From the NCBI RefSeq assembly GCF_006345805.1, contig NC_043007.1, forward strand, positions 6,572,001 through 6,636,000: a stretch of 64,000 bases of DNA, read 5' to 3'. The stretch comes from Octopus sinensis. Lineage: Eukaryota. The notes below the pieces were generated by a model that saw only the letters and a list, made by a program, of their open reading frames with translations, made no database searches and had not been told where the DNA came from. The position numbers and the translations under genes were made by a program. This document shows, in pieces, positions 54,467 to 64,000 of this stretch; position 1 is the first letter of the stretch; every line of letters begins with the position of its first letter.

Positions 54467-54507
<41 letters not shown>

Positions 54508-54714
54508 CATCCCTCCCACCCCTACACATTCCACCCCACCTTCCCTATCCTTTCCCATCCCTTACACCCACTGCCACATTCCCCACCTCTATCCCTACCC
54601 TCAGCCTAACCCAGACTCCAACCTTATTTTCACCTCTCTCGACTCCCCCACCTCCCAACACCATTACACAACACCACACACCACTGAACCTTACACCAAC
54701 ATACCACACAACAC

Positions 54715-55056
54715 ATCACATCACAACACACCACCACGCGCACATCAAGATCACCAGCCCTCTTCCACACGCACATACAAACTCTTATATACATACGCAC
54801 GCGCACCTTCATTTTGGGATCACCACTACTTTATTATCTCCCCTACTTCCTAGCTCTCCTGTGTGACATTTCTATACGACATTCGCTATGATAGATCGCT
54901 TGCCACTACAAAGTCTTTACTTACTCTACTTGTTTCTTTCTGTGGAAGAGTGTAGGTTCGAAACGTTAAAGACTTTTTCACTTCCCGAGCGTTATACTAA
55001 TACATCTGTTGTCTACACCACCTATTTTCGTCTTTTATTTTTTTGGGCGAATTCTA

Positions 55057-55058
<2 letters not shown>
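54715..55058 (+). mobile_element. Penelope-pLTR-like repeat, copy 3
   Basis: Homologous to 30225-30565 and 22385-22560; ends at (TA)n. Confidence 0.75.
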
Positions 55059-55144
<86 letters not shown>

Positions 55145-55473
55145 TTTATATATATATATTGGTTTATATAGTAACGCCTTGTGTAGAACCAGCCACACAC
55201 TTTGGAAGTGATGGTAGCATGAATATGACGCACATATTTGCCACAATACCTAGAACGACACACTTCAGGCTTTTTCTTCAGAGTGGCCATCTCCTAGATA
55301 ATCTGCTATAAACAAGCTAGGGAGTCTAGTCTACACTATGAATCAGAGCTTTCTTACATTACAGCTTTGTTACAGGAAACCTCAGCAGTCAGAGAGCTGG
55401 TTTTATATCAGAGTTTGACCTCTCCTTGAAGGTTTGCCGTCACCACAGCAATATATAATACCCCATCTGCGCA

Positions 55474-55523
<50 letters not shown>

Positions 55524-55758
55524 CAACAACAATTGAGGAATGGCCTCAATAGGCCGTTCGACCCACTAGAAAGAGCAGCCAGGACTCCAACCGCAAATAG
55601 TTATAATTCCAAAATTTAAGGAAAATTAAAAAACATTTACCCTATTCATCTTTAGACAATGCATTGTTTCGGCGTTTTTTAATGGCAAACCAGCCTGATT
55701 AAATGAAATTAAACTTAATCAAGTCAATCTTCCAAAAGGCTACGCACTCATCGCACAC

Positions 55759-55824
<66 letters not shown>

Positions 55825-56019
55825 GTGTGTGTGTATATATACACGCACATATATATATTTGTTTGTTTGTATCCTCGATTTCCCGACCAAGTGGACCGTG
55901 GCCAAGTGAGAGAAACAAATAAATGAATGAAATACTATAAAAATAGTAGAATTAAGTACAAAAACATATATATACATACGTTTCCTGTTGCATGTAAAGT
56001 GTTCGGCATGAGTACCAGC

Positions 56020-56200
56020 ATGAAACAGGAGGAAAGTGAATGGTCGCCGTTTTAACACCGTCGTCGAGATCAAGAGCGAATCGCACTCGCACTCGTTATA
56101 GAAAATGACTTTCAGGCCAGATTCGAGAAGTGCCAGGAATGCTTGGACCGGGGTTTTGCTGCGCAAGGTGACTATTTCGAAAGAGATCATGTTAAAACTT
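56020..56200 (+). pseudogene. Mariner transposase C-terminal fragment
   Basis: KVNGRRFNTVVEIKSES/VIENDFQARFEKCQECLDRGFAAQGDYFERD matches the mariner C-terminus (GRRF..EEI..DFQ..F.KW..RW..C...GDYFEGD). Confidence 0.75.
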
Positions 56201-56847
56201 AGGTAATTCTTTTTTTATTAAACATAATATGTCCGGGAACCTTTTCATACCATCTCGTATATGTTTTTATGTATAAGTCTGTATGCCTACATACATATAT
56301 ACATAGGCACACACATATAGGCACACACATACATATACACACACTTTTTGAATCATATTCATTGCGTGACAATGTCAGATATTTGGGGAAATTAAACGCA
56401 TTACCGCTCTGTCAACGTATTTCCAAATATTGTTGTACCAGTGAAATATCCCTATTACATTTACTCATCAGTTTTAAGTAAACAAATTGAAAAGATATTT
56501 ATTGAAATTTACATAAAACGACACGAGACACCGGCACCCACACGATTAGATCTTTCACAGACCTCTTCCCAAAGGCTTTCCATTTTCAATTATTGATCAC
56601 TAATGGTATTCTAAGACACTATAGTTGTTAACTCTTGCTTTTTTAAATGTTTTCCACAATTTTTTTAAATATTTTTTCCCCGATAACTGTTCGATACACA
56701 TTTTCAATATCGTTTTAAGTGATTTCCTGTCAACTGATGTATTATAAATCATATTTATCTCTGAAAGTTACTTAACTTCCGCTACCATTTCCACTCCTTT
56801 TCTACAAGCATGCACACGCTGTAACACGCATACACATACATAAATAC

Positions 56848-56890
<43 letters not shown>

Positions 56891-56974
56891 CATGCGTGTG
56901 TTCATATACAGACATATATAATACATATACATACATACATACATACATATATACATACATACATACATACATAT

Positions 56975-57033
<59 letters not shown>

Positions 57034-60000
57034 ATAATGTGTATGGGTGACTCAAAGGTTACGTTTTGATTCTCATGAAGAATCTAATCTTGCATGACTT
57101 TAAGTTTCTTGTTTTCATCTGGTAACTTGCTCTAGCAATCGTCAAATGGACAACTGGGAGAAAATTCATGCTATTATATAATCGTGACAGCAGCAAAGGG
57201 TTGTGTCTGTGTGCAGAATATCATTTAAGCCAACATATTGTATTACTATTTTATTCAGACTGGTTTCGTTCCTGCGATTTAATAACTACCGAAAACCTGG
57301 AAGTGTGTTAAATATTGATAATTTTAAAATAAATTAAAACCCGTAGCCACCTGCTTACTGAGAACAGGTGCTTCATTTACTTTAGCAATTAAAACTGACT
57401 GTTTGTTTAGATTTGTTGGTATAAAATGTCACTGAAGATAATGTGAGACTCAGATTTTAATTCCATTAATGACATAGTTTAAAACTCTTCAAATTGAGAC
57501 TGAATTTGTACCTCATGTATTTGATATTCAAATGTGACTCCAAAACTTCCTAAATTTTAGCCCTTTTTTTCATTTGTTGACAGAATAACGATAATATAAA
57601 GTAGTATTATACTTTCACCATACTGATGTATTGAGGTTAGGAGCAGGACTTTTATTTACGGGGAATGGCCTCCGTCCCCTTTATAATTGCTACGGCATTG
57701 CATGACTGATTTAGGGAGCATATGATTTTCTTTCTATGCTGGTATTATAGTTCTCTAGCTTCAGTGGGATCTCTATGTTTTAGCATCATATTCATGTTAT
57801 TTAGATAGGCAAGTAATGATACAACCATCAAAATCGTTTACGTGTTTATGTATCTCTACATGTGAATATATAAGAGTCTGTTTGAATGTATGTAATTTCC
57901 TGTGATCGTATAACGTTGTGTATCTGTGTCTGCGAAGATGTCTGTGAGTCCGTGTGTGTCCGAGTGGGTGTATGCGTGTGTGTGCGTGCGTGCATACTTG
58001 TTTGTATGTGTGTGTGTGGTTCTCTTATATTTTGTGGTAGGACAAATTAGTGTTTGCTATATTTTGGAAAAGGTTTGGTAGATAAAATTTACTCCACTAC
58101 ATTAAATCTATTTGATCCCATGAAACACGCAATTCTCCAGAAAGAACCACACAGAAGGATCAAAGAATTTCTAACGCTAGCGGGATGGGGGAATTACAAT
58201 TTAGCAGTAATGTGGGGAACCGTCGTTTACTAGTAATGTTCGTAATTGATTATTCTTGGTGAACGCTTCTGGAATAGATCTGCTAACAAGAACTTTTCTT
58301 TTATGACCATCTTCCCGACTTTATGAAAAGCGTTTTTGTTTCTACGTAAGGTACGTTATTCAATATGTCCCTTTCCATTTGTAAAGGAAAAACGTTGAAT
58401 GCAATTAGACTAAACAAAAGCCCTCCTACGATATCTACCCGTCTTGATGCCAACTATGTAATACTAAAATTACATCATTCAATGTAATTTAAGTACAAAA
58501 AATGATTAAGTTAAACACAAAAACCTATCGGATGCAATTTGATGCGATTTGATTTCTGTTTCTACAATATCGAATACCCATAAAATGGTTTTCTCAGCTC
58601 TCTTCAAATTTAGTTGTCAATATCAATTGTTAGAAAGCAAATTCTTCATAATTTATTTACTTAAATTTGTACAAAACAGCGATATCAAGACGGATGTTCT
58701 GCCAGCGAATATCCTGGGAAATATTGAATTCTGCTAATGTCTAATTTACAATAACGTCATGGATTTGAGCAGCAGGGTTTACCTAATTTACAGTTTCTTT
58801 TTCTACTTGTATCAATCATTTCAAATGAAAGTTAAATGGTTTGACAACTAGTACAGCTGTATGAACATTACAGAAATGGCTACTTCTTTATTTAGTTTAA
58901 ATAACGCACTTTGTTCATAAAATCACCGTCTGCCAGAGGTTTCTGATAGCGGCAAAATCGACACACAAGGATTTAGTAATTCAGTCACATGATTATAAAT
59001 ATACCAATATATACGTCGTCATCAACGCCATGGAATATTGCCATGGTAGATATAGACTGCAACAATTTATCGTGAAGACATACTAAGAAGACAGGAGTGA
59101 ATCAAATTGAAATAAGCTTCAGACACCAAAAAAAACCCGCAGATTGTATGCGATACACACGACGACTCAGGCATAGCTTTTGGTGATTACTATAAACGTC
59201 GACCGTCTCAAGAAAGGAGACCACAATCAGTGCATATGAATTTCCAACCTAACGAAGATTCAGAAAAAAAGGAAATGAGAGGAAAAAAACGAGAAGCCAA
59301 CGATAATGCTTACGCACACTCACACGCATACACACGTACGCGCAAACATGCACACACACATACACACACACACACACGCACATATACTATGGTTCACAGT
59401 TCATAGATGAGAATCAGATATTCTCCGTATACAATACACTTAGTAGTGCTCCAGAGGGTTAAACTTGAGTGGGTAGAGAAGTAAATGTAAGGATAAGTAT
59501 GTTAGGCAGGTAAATGTACAAAGTATATCAAATACATGAAACGCAAAAGCAAGAAGGTATATATGTTTGCATACAAAAAGATCCAATATGAATGTTTAAA
59601 GTGGTTGAACCAAAGTATTACAAATCTAACAGTTGTTTGTAGAGTGATTCCTTCGTCGGATGAGACGATCCTCCGTTTTAGGGAAGAGATCTTGCATATG
59701 AGGTGTTGACAGAAAGAAGATTAACAATCTTGTATTATGATTTGATATTACGGTTCATTGTTTTGACTCGTAATGGAGGTATTCGGTCGTTATCTTGGTT
59801 TTTAAAGCACATACGACATATGACCCAGCTTAAACATGGCAGAAACCCTTCCTCCACAGATCGAAGTAGACCTGATTTCTTGCAAAGAGAAAGAACACTA
59901 GAAAGAAGAGGGATAAAGAGAGTGAAAGGGAAAGAAGGAGAGAAAAACAGGGGGAGTGAGAGAGCGTATAACTGCGGAGAAATAATACTTTTTATATTGA

Positions 60001-60874
60001 TCTAGAAACGCCGAACGGCAAAGATCCTTTTGGCAGAATTTGAAGAAAGAGCACAGACCAGCGAGGAAAATAGCAGACAATCATCGCAGAAATGACCCTG
60101 ACAAATTAGCGTCGATTAGGGGAACATTTGACCGACAAATATTAATGATTTAGGGCATTGCGGGTTCGGTCATCTGAGGGGCATGGATATCGTTGTTGGT
60201 TAGCTATGTACAAATTCTAACCGCACACACACACACACACACACATATGAGCAACACACACACGCATATACATACACACTACTAATGCTTCATACACACT
60301 ACAACAGCAAGCACAACAGACATACCAGTACAAATAAACTGACTGAAAACAAACGCACTTGTATGTACAAACATTGACTTAACGAATATTTTCCAGCCTA
60401 TAAACGTTCAGTCACAGTCGTACAGATGCGTGCACAGACACACATCTTAATAAGCTGACACACCCTTTGACACATACATATAAGGAAGATTTTAATATTA
60501 CAGTAATCTTATTTCTCTACTGAGTTTTTCTTGTGAGATCGATAGTTTATGACAAGCAATATGCCGGTATTGTATTAAGATTTAATATGTAAATTCATGT
60601 AACGGACAATAGAATTCTAAGCCGACGAAAAAGCAATATAAAATGCGTACATTGAATATATTGAAGGTTCTATAATAGTTTCATAACTGATGAAATGCTG
60701 TCTTCGCGAAAGTTAATGGACTCATAAATAGTTGATAATACGCAGTCTATAAACAGACCACGGCAACCTCCCTCGACATACTCTCACAAGCACCCACACA
60801 CAACCTTTTACCAAAGAATCTATGTATATAGTTATCTCTTTTATGTAGCTATGTATTATTCTAAAGGGAAATGA

Positions 60875-60907
<33 letters not shown>

Positions 60908-62250
60908 TACATAGGTTTATTAAAATAGATATAATGTATGGGTGCTGTTGTTATAAATTTGTAATTACTTTTGCATACGTGATATTCCAAGAAGGGGTGC
61001 AATCTTGATGCGGTTATTAACTTCAGTATTCTCAATGCTAAAGGCCTTTTCGTCGGTACAGTGCACTGTCGAACGTAATACTCAAGGTTAGGCCTACTTT
61101 TCCGACTTGACTCTATGTTTACACCTGCTTACTCAGCCTGGGGCTACAATTTACTTGCATTCCTTCTTATAAATAAAATGTGTTCGTCGCAAATTTTAAG
61201 TACAGATGTTGAATAGCATTTGTTAGATTATGAGTGATACCTCCTCTATACTGCTTACTGCGTTATTCTATGGATAATAGTATTGTCAAAATACTAGTTT
61301 TCAAAGGAACCGTAAGTTACTACAAAGGGCACGTTTTTCCATTCATCGCTCAGGAAATTCCATTTGTTTCACGAAGTGTCTTTAAGATCGCCATTTCTCC
61401 CACTAATGTATTTATATTTGGTCTAGAGTGAAGCAGAAAAGAAAAAGCAAACAGTGTAGCAAGAATTGACAAGGGCATTTAATTTAGCTGAATAACGAGA
61501 AGTTTAAATAACTAAATTAAATGTCCTTGTCAAGTCTTGCTAAACAGTTTGCCTTTTCTTTGCTGCTTTGATCTAAACCTACCGTCTCAAGGGGAAGCCA
61601 CTTCTAGCCGCTTTAGAAAGAGCAGTCACAAAATCACATGTCCTACTATATATATGTATAATATACATACACCAACACCCACACCAACACACGTACGCAC
61701 ACACACGCGCGCGCGCGCGCACAGATGTTTGCATGTGAATTATAAATGCATCTTCAATTTTTCCCCGAAGAAATATTTTTGGTAATTGGAAAAACTGTTT
61801 CTTTAAATTTAACGGCACCTACCACTGTGAATAGCTTTTGTTCAATATTGACACCTAATTCAACAGTTTTGAAAAGAACTCCGTCTCTCTTAAAGTATAG
61901 AGGAATATCTATTTTAATTATATATTCTTCCTATGAAGATTTTCCTAATTTATGTGAGGTTGGCTTTCAAATGTTTAGTGTACACGACTGTTGGTATCAG
62001 CGGGACGGGAATGTCACCGGTAGGGTGAAAAATCGAATATTACACTAGAGTCACTTCAAAATATCGAATACAAATATTGATTTCTTACATTATCAGATAT
62101 AATCGAATTTTATATACGCTGCACAGTCGATCAGCCCAACCTTTATAATTGAATTATATTTTGTTTATCAAAAAAGAAGAGAAGAAAAACTCGAAGAGGT
62201 CTCAGCTCAAGGTAAAAAGCTATTTACTAAAAACTAGACGCAAGAATTTT

Positions 62251-62375
62251 GTGGTAAGAAGCGTCCTTCCTATCCACATGGTTTCGGGTTCAATCCCACA
62301 GCGTGGCACATTGAACTAGTATCATTTACTATTGCCTCGAGCCTACCAAAGCATTGTGAGTGGATTTGGTAGACG
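62251..62375 (+). mobile_element. SINE head fragment (family of 53385-53753)
   Basis: GTGGTAAGAAGC..GGGTTCAATCCCAC.GCGTGGCAC..GTGAGTGGATTTGGTAGACG. Confidence 0.8.
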
Positions 62376-63304
62376 TGCGTATATATTTGTATATGACTGT
62401 ATGTGAGGATATTTTTATACCTGAGAAGGGTTATTTTGCCCATAATAAACACACGCTCAGGTTCTATTTAACTTTTTCTGGTTATTCGGTAATTGCTTCA
62501 GTATTTAACAATCTAATCGATTATCTGATTAATAATTTGATTAATCAGTCAATCACCCAGTTTTGTATGTGAGAATTCCTTCGACGTCAACCGCAACCTC
62601 TTTAATGATATTCCCTCTCTACCCCACTTTTGCCTCAGGTCTCTCTATCTGCCTATCTCTTTGATATTCAGTTGAACAGTTGTTTAATTGTTAAGGAGAA
62701 TGTTCGTGAATGTGGGAGGGAGAAATAAATAGAGTGTGTGCGTTGTTTAGTATGAGTGTGCATGTGTTTATGCGAGGATGCGTGTATGTTTGATGTCGCT
62801 AATTCTGTAAATGTATTAGAAAGAACATGTTTGTGTGTCTGCCTGTAGATGTGTATGTATGCCTGTGTGCGTGTTCGCATTCGTGTATGTGTCTGGTATG
62901 GGATTTGTGACGGATGTGGATGGTGAAACTTTTCCCTCTGAAACCATTTATCTATTGGTCCTGTGTTTATGCGTGGGCATCGGTGCGTATGACTCCACAT
63001 ATTGTCCAATTGAGTTACTTGTTTATAGAATGGTGCGGATCGAATTACATTTTAATAACATTTCCTCTCTCACTTCAATAATATCAATGAAGGAGTTTGA
63101 TGCCTGCTACTTCCATTTCGCCCACGTAAGCAAGCAGATAGTTCCGCGTGTACACAGAGGCTGCTTGTTTAAAACACCACCATCGAGTTGCTGGAGGTGG
63201 AGTGGTTTCTACATTTTAGCAGAATAATTGTTTTCAGCGAAGGAAGATTTCCAGTCACTTAATTGTATTTGTGTTATCTCCCTTATTGGTCACAAATATG
63301 GTGG

Positions 63305-63500
<196 letters not shown>

Positions 63501-63649
63501 TCAGTACTGATGGAAACGTTGGCGACGTGTTTCTTTGCTTCATGTGTGGTTTATTATTCATCTTGTACCTCTTGCCTGTGGACCGTATCCTTGAATATGT
63601 CTCGAAGTCCTGAGTAAAATACTGTAGACAAATAGGCTTGTTAACTATA

Positions 63650-64000
63650 TGCGTCAAATGAAAGGTATACGAGGCTACAGTGCTTTCTTCCCTTCTTTGA
63701 GGAGCTGAACTTTGGACTGTCTATATAGCTCGACTGGGCAGGTTACATGTGCGTATTATGAGACGGATGCGACGAATTATGGATACCACTCTCTTTGACA
63801 AGATCAGGAATAAGAAAATCCTACGGTTGGGTTACCGCCAATGACGGAAATCCTCATGGATAGAAATTAGCATCACGTACACATAATGGGCTACAACAGA
63901 CTCCTCAGATAAATTTTCTGCTCCCGACTATGGAAATAGAAAGAAATCTTGGGTGACCTAGACTGACATTCAAAGATATTGCGAAAAGGAGTATGAAGTG
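63650..64000 (+). pseudogene. RTE-clade LINE fragment, post-RT region (runs off the window)
   Basis: MKGIRGY/KVYEATVLSSLL*GAE/TWTVY..DKIRNKKIL..LPPMTEIL..HIMGYNRLLR..G*PRLTFKDIAKR resembles RTE KVY..V...LLYG.ETW..RPR..FKD. Confidence 0.65.

Noticed and set aside
59140-59330. Open plus-strand frame RHSFGDYYKRRPSQERRPQSVHMNFQ..
   Set aside because: No convincing donor site and no recognisable homology.

Overview
This is an AT-rich, microsatellite-dense animal genomic window. It is probably octopus or another cephalopod, inferred from recall of its SINE families and not verified. It reads as intronic or intergenic DNA made mostly of transposon debris, and no host gene could be identified with confidence. 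Most ORFs in the track are artefacts of simple repeats. Supported content: (i) a 4-kb CR1/L2-group LINE (43912-47934, +) with partial ORF1, an APE endonuclease and an RT, whose frameshifts look like single-base homopolymer losses; (ii) a 5'-half copy of a related LINE (31175-32315, -), which together with (i) gives an unusual ORF1 of Myb/SANT-like domain, Q/S/P-rich linker and two tandem CCCH zinc fingers; (iii) three R4/Dong-type RLE retrotransposon fragments next to a (TAA)n array (1950-4445); (iv) a decayed Penelope-like element (14640-16140, -) plus several short Penelope-derived repeats with hammerhead-ribozyme-like motifs, two of them as inverted repeats; (v) a full-length dead mariner with TIRs and TA TSD (50306-51532) plus three mariner fragments; (vi) a young CR1 3' end, an RTE fragment, a gag-like zinc knuckle remnant, a MITE candidate and many tRNA-derived SINEs. 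There are no prokaryotic features, CRISPR arrays, or rRNA/tRNA genes.
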